DNA of 64,000 nt from an uncultured Nitrososphaerota archaeon (GCA_963799845.1 CAWCYI010000004.1:160001-224000); one strand, 5' to 3'. Shown: positions 18,445 to 28,843, numbered from the stretch's first letter. The notes: generated from the sequence alone by a model not told the origin. A program made the numbers and translations.

Positions 18445-20766
18445 CTAATCAAGTTCTTGAAAAAACGTGAGATATTGGGAAGGTACATAGTACTTACGCA
18501 TGTCATCTAACCTATGTAATCGCTCCTTTTTCTCAAGCTGGTACATAGATGAAAGCTCGCCAAGCTCTATTCTAATTTCTTTCTCCGTATAATTTAGCTT
18601 CTCTGCCAGTTGCTTCGGGGAAAGCGGTCCACTTCTTGCAAGGGCTTCTAAGATCGATTTCTGGCGAGAAGGGATTTCCAAAAACTCTGCTTTCGTCCAT
18701 ACTGAAGGGATTGTCTCTGATTTTTGCGGTAACGTGAGCGAATCCGGGACAGAATTGTCTTTCTTCAACTCATCTTCCTGTTGACGCAGGCTTGCCTTTT
18801 CGAATAATAGTTGCTTTACCAAATTAGGAGTAACTTCAAAAGTTTTAGATCTTCCCATTTGTAGAGCAATTCCTTCTAATATTCTGACAATGGATCTGAC
18901 GTTCCCCTGCGAAGCGAGAGCGATTGTTGATATGACTTCAGAGGACAATTTCAGAGTGGGAAGGAGTGATGCGGCAAGTTTCTCGACGTCTTCTGGCTTG
19001 AAGGGATCGAGTCTGAAAATGTAGGGTACTCTTTCAATGAAAGCTGGATATTGGTCGCGTATTCTTTCCACTAATGCAGGCGTCAGTAACAATATAATAG
19101 TGATTGGAGATTCAGAGATATAATTGAAGAAATAGGAAAACGTGGCTAGGGATCGGTTTGAACCCGCAGATGGCGCTATTTGCTCGAATTCATCAATGAA
19201 CAACACAATTCGTCTTACCTTGGCATCACCGAATTTCTCGACCAATCGAACTATCGTACTATAAGTGACGAAAGAACCAGGTTCATCCGAGCCAGGGTAC
19301 CTAGATCTAGTGGCGGCAGAAAGAAGCCCGGGTGACAGAGTTATACCTCTTCTCAACAGCTCGCTCACTAGTTCTGAAGCCAGCTTCGCAATGGTTTTGG
19401 TTGGTGACTTTTGAGATTCGACAAATATTGAAAAACAATCCCCAAAAGCCCCTTCATTTATCTTGGATTGGAAGAAACGTGCCATACTAGTCTTGCCTGA
19501 ACCATAGTCACCTTCAATAATGGCGATTTTGGCCCCTTCACGGAAAAAGGAAAGGAATGATCCGAAAGATCGCTTGAATTCTTCTTCGTTAACCAGCATA
19601 CTCTCACGAATCTTGGCAGCCGTGAAAGGATGGGCAGCTGCAGTAGGATTCGGAAGAATCACCTGATCCCGATATCGTTCACGGTTGGCTTTCATTATGT
19701 TGAATCGGGATTCCAAAAATTCTCTTCTTTCTTCGAGCTTTTCAATAAGATGCTGTGCTTCCTTAACCATGGAGTCTATCTCAATACTTTTTTCAGTGTT
19801 GAATCGAAGTTCCTGAAGCGACGATCTAATCTCTTCCTGCAACTTTGAAAGCGCTACACGGTTACGTCTTGTTTCCTCAGCGATCCCTTGGAGGTCTTCC
19901 ATTAGCATACTAGAATTTGTGGAGCCTTTGATTGAATTGAAGTCAAATTCGAAGGATCGTAACCAATTTTGGGATTCAGCCACTTTGTTCTCAAGGTAAT
20001 CAAGAAATCTTTGAATTTCGCGATTTTTCCGATGGGTTAGCTCTATACCTCTTTCCAATCGGTCAATGATGTCTCTCGCGTCTTCTTCAAGAAATGGCTT
20101 CGAAGAGTAGTTCACCAGCTCAGCACCAGCCTTTTCTCTTATCGCGTCGCGCAAATAATCCTCGAAATCAAATGTGCAAACAATCATTGCCATGTCGTAG
20201 TTTCTGTCTGCGAAGTTCTCACGGAACTTGTTCACGAAGTCCGAAGTTAGATTTCTCTTATCACTGATCACCTGGATTAGACATCGGAATCCTTTAGGAG
20301 TAACAACAACTAACTCTGAAACAGACCCCTCAAGGGTAACCTGACTTTCTATTTTGAGGCCAAGCTTCTCAAAGGACTGTTTGATTTCAAGAAGAATAGC
20401 TCTATCGTATCCGTAAGCTTGAGTATTTGCGAGTGTATTCATGTAGTATTCCGCTTCCTTCATACTCTCACGCGCACGTTGGGCCAATTTTGCATAGATA
20501 CCTGGGGAGGGACGGTAACGGACTGGATTATCTCCGGTCTTCTCGACGAATGCCTTGTTCTCTAGAACCGAAAGGATGTCATAGGTCTTGGCCCGAGGGA
20601 TCCCAGTTAAGTCGGCAATTTCAGGAGGACTTTTTGGTCCACCTGCAAGACCTGCTAAAGCTTTAAGCTCATATTCACTTATGTCCAAGACCCTACCTAA
20701 CATATGCAAAGTATTGGGGTCGAAAGGTGTGCGGAGTGACATGTCCTTTTGTCTCTTCAGGGGCAA
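18445..20766 (-). CDS. Multidomain protein: TrmB HTH, restriction-endonuclease-like fold, coiled coil, AAA+ ATPase, C-terminal wHTH
   Basis: EIADLTGIPRAKTYDILSVLENKAFV (TrmB), Walker A GDYGSGKT, Walker B LFIDEFE, SQGNVR and C-terminal LSPKQLAEKL. Confidence 0.78.
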   Translation of the reverse strand: MPLKRQKDMSLRTPFDPNTLHMLGRVLDISEYELKALAGLAGGPKSPPEIADLTGIPRAKTYDILSVLENKAFVEKTGDNPVRYRPSPGIYAKLAQRARESMKEAEYYMNTLANTQAYGYDRAILLEIKQSFEKLGLKIESQVTLEGSVSELVVVTPKGFRCLIQVISDKRNLTSDFVNKFRENFADRNYDMAMIVCTFDFEDYLRDAIREKAGAELVNYSSKPFLEEDARDIIDRLERGIELTHRKNREIQRFLDYLENKVAESQNWLRSFEFDFNSIKGSTNSSMLMEDLQGIAEETRRNRVALSKLQEEIRSSLQELRFNTEKSIEIDSMVKEAQHLIEKLEERREFLESRFNIMKANRERYRDQVILPNPTAAAHPFTAAKIRESMLVNEEEFKRSFGSFLSFFREGAKIAIIEGDYGSGKTSMARFFQSKINEGAFGDCFSIFVESQKSPTKTIAKLASELVSELLRRGITLSPGLLSAATRSRYPGSDEPGSFVTYSTIVRLVEKFGDAKVRRIVLFIDEFEQIAPSAGSNRSLATFSYFFNYISESPITIILLLTPALVERIRDQYPAFIERVPYIFRLDPFKPEDVEKLAASLLPTLKLSSEVISTIALASQGNVRSIVRILEGIALQMGRSKTFEVTPNLVKQLLFEKASLRQQEDELKKDNSVPDSLTLPQKSETIPSVWTKAEFLEIPSRQKSILEALARSGPLSPKQLAEKLNYTEKEIRIELGELSSMYQLEKKERLHRLDDMRKYYVPSQYLTFFQELD

Positions 20767-20804
20767 TTCTATTTATATACTTTAACGATAATGAAAATTT
20801 CTAG

Positions 20805-20870
20805 TTGTCACTGGCGAGACAACAGTTAAATATCCGGTTCTACAATATTGTCTCTGGCGAGACAACAGTT
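20805..20870. promoter_or_regulatory. Two 23-bp direct repeats with an internal palindrome (probable operators)
   Basis: TTGTCACTGGCGAGACAACAGTT (20805-20827) and TTGTCTCTGGCGAGACAACAGTT (20848-20870); core TTGTCTC-N4-GAGACAA; located between divergent genes. Confidence 0.75.
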
Positions 20871-20985
20871 GAACCATTCACAAATCAAGGGGCAGTCGAC
20901 TGCCATTAAAGTGCAAGAGTCCGCACTTGCTCAAAAGTCGACAGAAGCGGTCGCATCTTCACCTGCAAACTTCTGTCCAGAGGAG

Positions 20986-21510
20986 ATGAAAGACGTCGGA
21001 AGAACCCTGGCTGTGCCAGTACTTCAAGGAGAATCCCAATCGACATCACCTGACGCATTGCCGGTTATCTCTAGGGGAAGGGACGGAAAGATAATTTTCT
21101 TTGATAGAAATACGCCTCTTCACTATCGGTTGAAGCCCGGAATGATGGTGTCCGTCGAAATCATTCGTGACTTTCCAAACTATTCCATAGCTAGGCCCCT
21201 CAAGATGGAACAATCTATACATCAAAGTGATGATGCCCTAAATTCCCGAACTACCAAAAAACAGTCCCCTGTGCATCTCTTCGAAGTTTCGATAACTGTT
21301 TTGGGTCAAAAAACAGACTTGGCGACTGCCCATAAGATATTCGATGAAATGGCCTTATTCTTCGGAGATGAGGCCAACGAGTATTCTACCTCTGTTCCTG
21401 AACGAGATGAGACGAGGGATGAACAAGACGAGCTGCGCTCAGAATTCGTGGCATCCGCGGAACTAAGGCGAGCAGGCATGCTCGGAACGGAGAGAGCGGG
21501 ACAATGGTGA
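20986..21510 (+). CDS. Hypothetical protein, possible TRAM/OB-like domain; start uncertain
   Basis: GRDGKIIFFD...LKPGMMVSVEIIRDFPNYSIARP resembles a small beta-barrel; the upstream TTG of the ORF track falls inside the operator repeat. Confidence 0.5.
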   Translation: MKDVGRTLAVPVLQGESQSTSPDALPVISRGRDGKIIFFDRNTPLHYRLKPGMMVSVEIIRDFPNYSIARPLKMEQSIHQSDDALNSRTTKKQSPVHLFEVSITVLGQKTDLATAHKIFDEMALFFGDEANEYSTSVPERDETRDEQDELRSEFVASAELRRAGMLGTERAGQW

Positions 21511-21794
21511 TGGAAATGAGCAACTCACGACCTGTGGAAGATATTGAATTGGATACCGAAACAAACGATCCATTCGACGGGGCAATCGACACAGTCATAG
21601 AGATCATGCGAGATATGAACAAAACCAACCCATCGTTGAAAATAGGTGTTGTCCTAACTCTTCTGATGAACACGAGCAGGAATCCGATCGAATCACTAGG
21701 AATACTTGAAATGGTAAAACAAGAATTGCACGGGATTGTGAACGATCATTCTAGAAGGACTTTCACCGAAAATGTCTTGTCATACATAGGGTGA
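21504..21794 (+). CDS. Small hypothetical protein
   Basis: 96-aa ORF overlapping the previous stop and ending 4 nt before the GHKL gene. Confidence 0.55.
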   Translation: MVMEMSNSRPVEDIELDTETNDPFDGAIDTVIEIMRDMNKTNPSLKIGVVLTLLMNTSRNPIESLGILEMVKQELHGIVNDHSRRTFTENVLSYIG

Positions 21795-21798
21795 GAAA

Positions 21799-23739
21799 AT
21801 GAAACGGGCAATAAGATATTCCCCCGAGCTTGCCAGGAAAATTGCGAAATCTGTAGTGAGGAATGATCCGATAAGATCTCTCGTTGAAATTTGTACTAAC
21901 AGCGATGATAGCTTCCACAGAATGAATAAGCCTGAATATTTGGGTCGGATCACGATTGGCATAAGTCGAGGAAGAGAGAATGCTACAATTTTGATTTATG
22001 ACAATGCTGAAGGGATGGATTCTGACACAATGGAGTACGCTGTTGGTGGATATGGATTCGAAACGAGCGGATTCAAAGAAGGAATGCGAGTTAGAGGACT
22101 TTTTGGAAGAGGCCTGAAGGAAGCAATACTAGGGTTAGGAGCAGGTCACGTGATTTCCATCAAAAACGGAATCTACTCCGAATGCCTGCTTGACGGCGAC
22201 GGTATTTTTGAGAACATGGAACCAAAAAAGGCAGCACCAAAAGACTTCAAGCAGCTCATGATATCTGAGAATGAAAATGGATATCTTGTACTAATAGAGA
22301 TGAAGGCTAGAGAGAACGATCTACACATCCCCCTTTTTGATACTTTGAGGGAAACTCTCCAAAAACATGTTAGCCTTCGTGATATCATGACCAGCCCGAG
22401 AAGGATTGTGAAACTTTGTGACATAAATTTGAATCGAGAAGAAATCTTGTCATATCGTTATCCGGTTGGTACATCGATTCACAAAGAGATGAACGTTGAA
22501 ATCCCAGGCTATCCTGACGGGAAGATTGATGTTGAGATTTTCAAGGCTGAGGAGGAACTATCTCAGGCTGAAGAAGGCTATACTCGTGACGGAGGATTAG
22601 TAATTCGTAGCGGCACGGCAATACATGATTCGACTTTGTTCCGCTATGATTCAGACAAGTACGCTCGCAAACTTTACGGCACGATTCGATGCGAATACAT
22701 TGACAAGCTCATTATTCAAGAAGAAGCTGTCATTTCTGATAAACGAGATGGTCTTGAGCTCAATCATCCGTTTGTGAAGGCGCTGAAGCTTCTCACCGAG
22801 GAGATTCTTGAACCCATTGTTGCAAAAGAGCGGCGTGAAGAAGAAGCAAACAAGAAACAGCTGGAAACAGCGAAAACTCAACAGAGATTTCAAAAAACCA
22901 TCGAAGAGCTGAACCGCATAGCAAATCAGGAATTGCGCACAGTTGAAGGACCCGTCGAGATTGCTGAGGGCAAGAAGCCTGATATTCCGTCCGCACCCCC
23001 ATCTATTACTTTCCAGTTTGGAATACCATTTGCGACTATAGTCACGGCGAAGAGAGAAACTCTTTACCTCAAAGCTTCAGTGCCCGTTGTCGTTGGAGAT
23101 GGTGTTCGGATTAATATCATGAGTGACAGTCCTGAAGTAATCGTTCTAGATCCGACTCAAACGGTCGAAGCAAACCAGTCTGTCAACGGCATCTGCACTT
23201 TCAAAATTCATGTAGAGGGTCGTCAAGTTGGCGCCACAGCTACAATAGCGGCTGATGCGTTGGCCTTGGGGCTAAGAGCAACCATGAAGGTCAAGGTAAT
23301 CTCTAAACGTATTACCCCGCCTCTTTCACCCTCGAAGCCGCCAAAGGCAGGTCTCTTCAAAGAAATAAGATTCAATGATGTTGATGGACCGACTCAGAGA
23401 GCATTCTATGATAGTAACACGGGAATAATAGAAATCTATACGAAGAGCGAGTCGGTTGGCATGTATTTGGGACCAAATGGAGAAAATCAGGAGAAACCTT
23501 ATGCTCAAGTTTTGGTCGCCGAGCTGATCGTAGATGTTTACTGTCGCTACCTTGCGAAACAAAAAGAAAAGAAAGGCATACTAGTCATTCTAAACGAAGC
23601 ATCAAAACTAGACCAAATAGATAGAGAGCATGAAAAACTCCGCTCTGAATACGCCACATTAATACACAAGTGCATAGTGGATTCTACGATACATCGAGAC
23701 AGTCTCGCAATTTCCAAGTTGGAGAGGATTTCCAAATGA
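21799..23739 (+). CDS. GHKL (HATPase_c, MORC/MutL-like) ATPase
   Basis: LVEICTNSDDS, DNAEGM and RGLFGRGLKEA; S5-like region ending in SDKRDGL; GGTGA RBS. Confidence 0.85.
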   Translation: MKRAIRYSPELARKIAKSVVRNDPIRSLVEICTNSDDSFHRMNKPEYLGRITIGISRGRENATILIYDNAEGMDSDTMEYAVGGYGFETSGFKEGMRVRGLFGRGLKEAILGLGAGHVISIKNGIYSECLLDGDGIFENMEPKKAAPKDFKQLMISENENGYLVLIEMKARENDLHIPLFDTLRETLQKHVSLRDIMTSPRRIVKLCDINLNREEILSYRYPVGTSIHKEMNVEIPGYPDGKIDVEIFKAEEELSQAEEGYTRDGGLVIRSGTAIHDSTLFRYDSDKYARKLYGTIRCEYIDKLIIQEEAVISDKRDGLELNHPFVKALKLLTEEILEPIVAKERREEEANKKQLETAKTQQRFQKTIEELNRIANQELRTVEGPVEIAEGKKPDIPSAPPSITFQFGIPFATIVTAKRETLYLKASVPVVVGDGVRINIMSDSPEVIVLDPTQTVEANQSVNGICTFKIHVEGRQVGATATIAADALALGLRATMKVKVISKRITPPLSPSKPPKAGLFKEIRFNDVDGPTQRAFYDSNTGIIEIYTKSESVGMYLGPNGENQEKPYAQVLVAELIVDVYCRYLAKQKEKKGILVILNEASKLDQIDREHEKLRSEYATLIHKCIVDSTIHRDSLAISKLERISK

Positions 23740-24407
23740 AAAAAGAGAGTTTCGATGAAAACCAGTATGCATCGATAGGTTACGATGATCTTGTAACCTA
23801 TTCTGTATTTTCTCTTCAGAACAAAAAAGAGGAAGCAACTTTCGAAAATCTTGTGGTAGAATGTTACCATCTTTTTCCGAAGAGGTTTAGTTTAGTCGGG
23901 TATCCCCGATATCCAGACTCCGCTTTGGTAAACAAGAGCTGGTTGCGCTGTCGCACGGATAAGGGTTTGATTGAGGGAAACGTTGCCAACGGGTTCAAAC
24001 TAACAGCAGCAGGTCTCGCCATCGTAGAGAAGGTATCCCTTCTGTTGAAAGACAAAATGAGTAAGCCTTCTCTCGAAAAGAAGAAGGATGAAGAAAGGAG
24101 TCGAGCAAGCAAGTTCATCCAACATATCGATGCATCTGCAGCGTTTAGGAAATATGTTCAGAACAGCGAAAATCCTTCAATATCAGAATTTGAATTGAGG
24201 GACTTGTTACTCGGGACCATGCAAACTGAACCAGAACTGCTTCATGAAAATCTTGTAAAGCTTGCAGAGTACGCCAGAATAAAGGAGAGGGATGACATCT
24301 TATCTTTTCTTGGATATGTAGAGACTAGACTGAAGTCACAATTCAATCTCGAATCTCGTCCTCTTATGTATGAAGGCGGAATGAATAAGCGAAAAGTTCG
24401 ACGGTGA
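23736..24407 (+). CDS. Hypothetical protein with probable N-terminal wHTH, translationally coupled to the GHKL gene
   Basis: ATGA overlap at 23736; FPKRFSLVGYPRYPD...GFKLTAAG wing-like motif. Confidence 0.65.
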   Translation: MKKESFDENQYASIGYDDLVTYSVFSLQNKKEEATFENLVVECYHLFPKRFSLVGYPRYPDSALVNKSWLRCRTDKGLIEGNVANGFKLTAAGLAIVEKVSLLLKDKMSKPSLEKKKDEERSRASKFIQHIDASAAFRKYVQNSENPSISEFELRDLLLGTMQTEPELLHENLVKLAEYARIKERDDILSFLGYVETRLKSQFNLESRPLMYEGGMNKRKVRR

Positions 24408-24414
24408 ATAACAA

Positions 24415-25392
24415 ATGTCTTCCCTAGATTCCCTATCTACCAAGGGTGTTACTCCAATACACATCCAATTGCTGAAGAAATTTCAAGTCCTCCAGGGTGA
24501 AACCATTACTAATAGTGAACAGATTAGAGGGCAAAAAGGTCGAGCACCTATACCCGCCGACTCACTTGTTTCAGTTCCTCACTATCTTCACAACCTAGTA
24601 AGAGGGGTCTACAAACCAAGAGGAGACAATTTCGCACTAGCGATTCAGCTCAATCCAAGCTCGTCATGGGGTACCGAAATCAACTTTTTTTCTAACAAAA
24701 AATGGTTGATTAGATATGACTTCCAGGATTCATCGAAATATGCTGGAGATATGCAATCTCTAAGAAACTGCCATGAACAGGATGTTCCAATTGGCGTAAT
24801 ATACAAAATGAAGAAGGCGACAAATCGCATACTCGGGCTGGGTCAAGTAGAGCAGATAATAGGTACTAAATTTACCATAGCCCCTTTTCAATTAGACAAG
24901 AAATCGACAATAGATATTGATGATCTCGCGCATTCCTTAGCTACTGAAGAGGTAGCCCAGGGAGACTTTTCTTCATCGGGAGGAAATAGATCGATTGTCG
25001 GCAGGCAGAAGATGCGATGGTTCCGCGAACAGTTAATGATCCAATACGAAAAGAAATGCGCATTTTGTAATTTATCATTTGAACCCTATCTAATAGGTTC
25101 GCACATAGTACCTTTTTCGTACATGCAGAAACATGACCCAAAAAACTCAATGAATCCTTCCGATGGAATACTTCTCTGCAGCTTGTGCGACAAAGCATTC
25201 GAGAGAGGAGACATTGTCATTCACCCTGATTACAAGATCGATACTTCAAAAGTTGGAAAACTTCTTCAGGAAGACAGAATTGCTGTTGCATGGCTTGGAA
25301 AAATAAAATCCACGTTGAATTTTTCAAGCATTGGAAAATTTCCAGCTAGCAAGAAGTATCTTAAAAAGAAGATCCTACTCAACTCTTCATAG
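24415..25392 (+). CDS. HNH endonuclease with SRA/PUA-like N-terminal domain (putative modification-dependent restriction)
   Basis: FREQLM..YEKKCAFC...SHIVP...DGILLCSLCDKAFERG; N-terminus RGVYKP...VPIGVI...LGLGQV. Confidence 0.8.
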   Translation: MSSLDSLSTKGVTPIHIQLLKKFQVLQGETITNSEQIRGQKGRAPIPADSLVSVPHYLHNLVRGVYKPRGDNFALAIQLNPSSSWGTEINFFSNKKWLIRYDFQDSSKYAGDMQSLRNCHEQDVPIGVIYKMKKATNRILGLGQVEQIIGTKFTIAPFQLDKKSTIDIDDLAHSLATEEVAQGDFSSSGGNRSIVGRQKMRWFREQLMIQYEKKCAFCNLSFEPYLIGSHIVPFSYMQKHDPKNSMNPSDGILLCSLCDKAFERGDIVIHPDYKIDTSKVGKLLQEDRIAVAWLGKIKSTLNFSSIGKFPASKKYLKKKILLNSS

Positions 25393-25453
25393 AATGCACC
25401 TAACTTTATACTACCCATTGTTCAAACACTACTAGGATTCTCATGATGTTTCT

Positions 25454-26095
25454 TTGGATAACTACAAAATTCTAAGCACTATTTACGAGCTTTCCGTGAC
25501 CGAGGCAAGTCTGGTCGGACAGTCGGGAAGTTCATCTAAAAGTGGTCATACATTCGAAGATACGGTTGCACGAACAATCTATGATGTTTGCAATCAGATT
25601 GGTTATCAATGTAAGCCAGCTCGCTTTACTCCAAATCTTCCCACACTCTCCGGGATGAAACACCAATTCGATTGTTGGTTTGGTCGAGAGAATTTGGACT
25701 ACGTTGTGGAGTGCAAACGCAGAAAGATTGCAACGAAAGAACAGATTTACTATCTAAATGCGCGAATCATTGACTACATTCTCGGTCTCAGAAAAGTCGA
25801 TGGAAAAATGGATCGACGGATTAAGGGCGTATTTGTTTCCACAGCTCCTGTCGACGATAACTCACTCGCGTACTCCTTTGCGTATGGGATAACTGTCATT
25901 GAACCAATGTCTCCCCCAATTGAATGTCTGTTACTAGGATCTCATGATTCATCTTTAACAGATGCCCTAACGAGACTGCAAACTGTAGTTCCGAAATTCA
26001 ATCCAATCTTTGATGACAAATATGAAATAGAACCTTCGCCAGAGACTCTCGTCAAAGATTATAGGTACCTCATAAAACTCACGAAAGGAGTTTAG
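25454..26095 (+). CDS. PD-(D/E)xK restriction-endonuclease-like protein
   Basis: GHTFEDTV...HQFDCWF...VVECKRR. Confidence 0.75.
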   Translation: MDNYKILSTIYELSVTEASLVGQSGSSSKSGHTFEDTVARTIYDVCNQIGYQCKPARFTPNLPTLSGMKHQFDCWFGRENLDYVVECKRRKIATKEQIYYLNARIIDYILGLRKVDGKMDRRIKGVFVSTAPVDDNSLAYSFAYGITVIEPMSPPIECLLLGSHDSSLTDALTRLQTVVPKFNPIFDDKYEIEPSPETLVKDYRYLIKLTKGV

Positions 26096-26112
26096 GAACA
26101 GGAACCTCTCTG

Positions 26113-27099
26113 ATGGCGCGTGTTCCTAGAATTGCCAGATTAGAATTCATTACCGATTTTCTTGAAGGACTAAATGAGGGATTGGATGATGAGAAGTTAG
26201 AGCAAAAACTTGCCAGCAGAAAATTTGAATTTGAGCGTGAGAAATATAGAGCCCTAGGCAGAGGTGCTCCCTTCAGTGAAAAACAAAAGAAGGTGCTTTC
26301 GGTTGGAAGATTCAAACTTTCGGATTGCGAAAAAATGTGCTCGATACTCGGGCTAATTTATTCCAATGGAAGATTCAAACTATCTGATATGGGGAATCGC
26401 ATCTTAAGGTTGAAATCGCGTGAACAAAGAGATGAGTTCGGATCCTTATTTCTCAATAATTTTCTGGAATTTGCAAATTTTCTATTGCAACTTAATATTT
26501 CGTCTGGTAAAGAGTTATCACTTCCGGACATCAGACACAGTTCAAGTAAGCAGCTTTTCGGTGAACTAGCCAAGTCATTCGGTATTGACCTCGATGCCAT
26601 ATCATTCAATCATATGCGGGATCTGTTGAGTCAAATTGGATACATTAATTGGTATCCGGAGAAGAGTGAGAACGAAGTCTGGTCAAAGACCTATTTGACA
26701 TGTCAAGTCCATCTATTAGAAAAAGGACACCGCGGTACGGATAAACTTCCAACCTTTGTGTACAATTCAAATCATTATTCCGTGGAACTCAATGATTGTA
26801 GTGCGGAAGTTTTCTCGATAACCGCATGGGAAGAATACATGCAAGCTGCAAAAGACGTGCAGTGGAAACCTGTTTTTTACGCCGACCTCAGGGCAAGGAC
26901 CTGCGAACGACTTCGAATCTGTGACGAGATATTTGATTCGCATCTCTTCGAATTGCTTCGCGATCCATCAAAATTCAAAACAGTGTGGTCTGGTGGGACG
27001 ATACCTCGCAGCGTTGATTCAGCAAGCCTCCTTAAGAATCTCCCACCTCATGCTACTGAGGATGATTACATGGTCTATCTGATGATAGGAAGGAACTAG
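26113..27099 (+). CDS. Hypothetical protein with a wHTH-like segment
   Basis: 328-aa ORF in the operon; LGLI...FKLSDMG. Confidence 0.65.
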   Translation: MARVPRIARLEFITDFLEGLNEGLDDEKLEQKLASRKFEFEREKYRALGRGAPFSEKQKKVLSVGRFKLSDCEKMCSILGLIYSNGRFKLSDMGNRILRLKSREQRDEFGSLFLNNFLEFANFLLQLNISSGKELSLPDIRHSSSKQLFGELAKSFGIDLDAISFNHMRDLLSQIGYINWYPEKSENEVWSKTYLTCQVHLLEKGHRGTDKLPTFVYNSNHYSVELNDCSAEVFSITAWEEYMQAAKDVQWKPVFYADLRARTCERLRICDEIFDSHLFELLRDPSKFKTVWSGGTIPRSVDSASLLKNLPPHATEDDYMVYLMIGRN

Positions 27100-27106
27100 A
27101 CCTCTT

Positions 27107-28345
27107 ATGTTGGATTATTCTTCTCTTGCTCTAAAAGACAACCCGTTTCCCGAGAATCCCTCAGTTGACATTACATCAAACGATGACCGCATAAATGGAA
27201 GGATCTTCTATGAAGGTATCTTCCCAGAGGAACTTGAGAAGATAAGAAGTCGCATTGATTCAAGAACTAATATGGTCTACATTCGCGGTTTACAATTTAC
27301 CAGAGGGGTTGGTAAGACTGCCATACTTGCCCATGTATGGAAAGAAATTAAACAGAATCCGAAAGTTTTCACGGCCTTCATCAAATGTCTTGATGCCTCT
27401 CCCACAAACAAGCCTGATGGGTTTTGTTCAGTCGTTCTAAGACACTTGCATGAACAGGGTTATCTCTGGGCAGCTTTCTGGAAAATAATGCTTGTATTCG
27501 CCGATGAAAAAAAGTCTGCCACTTTTGGTAAGGATGATTTTCAGAAGGTCCTAAAAGATCATCCGCTTCCAACAGACAACGATATTCATCTGTCATGGTA
27601 TACTTATGTCCCAAACTTAGAAAAATTTACGAAGGAAGTTGCAAAGTGGCTCCAACGCAAATACAAAGTGAGCGAGTTTACTTCACTTTTGCTTACGGAG
27701 AGTTACTTCGCAAATCCGAATTCCATTGAAAAGAAACTTTCCGTGAGAACGATCGATCACATCGTTCTCTATGGTGATATGTTGACTCTTCTCAGAGAAG
27801 GCGGCTTTGATTGGGGATATATTTTTCTCGATAATTTCGAAGATTCGGTGACCTCTCGTACGACCAGGATTGAAGATCTGAGTATTGGAATGCGGCGAAT
27901 GATCGAGATGAGTTCAGGGAAAGCGTCGATTCTTGTAACCCTTCATCCGGATTCCAGTATGAGACTAGATGCTCCCGAGTCTAAGAGCTTGCAATCCATC
28001 GCCCCATTAGACGAGAAACGCGTGATTCCGGTTAACGTACTGGATTTAAAAAATAAACTCGTGGTGCCGTTAGCAGCAGAATACATCAGAGACTTTCGAC
28101 AAGGAGCTGTGCCTTACGAAACGTACCCGCTCGAACCCGATGTTATCAGATACGTCTGCTTTCTCAAACAAGGTAACTTGAGGGCGATCTTGCAACAACT
28201 GCACGAGTGCATAGAGCAAGCCATCAAACTGGATAAGAAGGTAATAGACATGAATCTCTTAAAAGAGAATCATAACTTGATGATGGGAAAACAAATCAAT
28301 GAAAAAAGTCTTCAAGAATTTGAAACAATTCTAAAACAAGGGTAA
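27107..28345 (+). CDS. P-loop AAA+-type ATPase
   Basis: N-terminal NPFP, RGVGKT, IFLDNFE and QGNLRAIL. Confidence 0.8.
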   Translation: MLDYSSLALKDNPFPENPSVDITSNDDRINGRIFYEGIFPEELEKIRSRIDSRTNMVYIRGLQFTRGVGKTAILAHVWKEIKQNPKVFTAFIKCLDASPTNKPDGFCSVVLRHLHEQGYLWAAFWKIMLVFADEKKSATFGKDDFQKVLKDHPLPTDNDIHLSWYTYVPNLEKFTKEVAKWLQRKYKVSEFTSLLLTESYFANPNSIEKKLSVRTIDHIVLYGDMLTLLREGGFDWGYIFLDNFEDSVTSRTTRIEDLSIGMRRMIEMSSGKASILVTLHPDSSMRLDAPESKSLQSIAPLDEKRVIPVNVLDLKNKLVVPLAAEYIRDFRQGAVPYETYPLEPDVIRYVCFLKQGNLRAILQQLHECIEQAIKLDKKVIDMNLLKENHNLMMGKQINEKSLQEFETILKQG

Positions 28346-28357
28346 GCTTTCAGTAAA

Positions 28358-28843
28358 CTAATCTTTGAGTGAGATTTTGCCAGTACCTCCACAAAACGAG
28401 CAAACCAGAGTTTCTTCTGCAACCTGTATGCCTGCTTCCTCTCCTCGTTGATATTTCCTCGTGACAGTAATCCCTTCTCCGTTGCATTTCTGGCATCGCT
28501 CGAGGAGTCTAAGAGATTCTTCAAGTGTTGCAAGCTCTTTCGTATTGTATTCTAAGTTGGCTTGCTTCTGCTTACCTAATCCATAAAGCCTATTTCTCAG
28601 AGCGGTCTGAGCGATTGCCGATGAGTATGCTTTTTCAGACACATTTGAGAACCCAGCTCGTTTGATCTCTTCCATAGGAACTATTTCGTCCTGTTCTAGT
28701 CGTTCCGCGATTTGACTAAGTGATTTTATCTGTTCTTTTAATGAATAATTTTCTTCTCTAAGGGAATTGATTTTTCTCTCCTTTAGACGAGCCTGGAGTT
28801 TTATCTGTCTGATCGAATTCTCGTCATTGGTCATCAGGATCAT
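28358..28843 (-). CDS. Coiled-coil protein with C-terminal DnaJ-type zinc finger
   Basis: CQKCNGEG and CSFCGGTG; overlaps the stop codon of the SMC-like gene. Confidence 0.7.
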   Translation of the reverse strand: MILMTNDENSIRQIKLQARLKERKINSLREENYSLKEQIKSLSQIAERLEQDEIVPMEEIKRAGFSNVSEKAYSSAIAQTALRNRLYGLGKQKQANLEYNTKELATLEESLRLLERCQKCNGEGITVTRKYQRGEEAGIQVAEETLVCSFCGGTGKISLKD

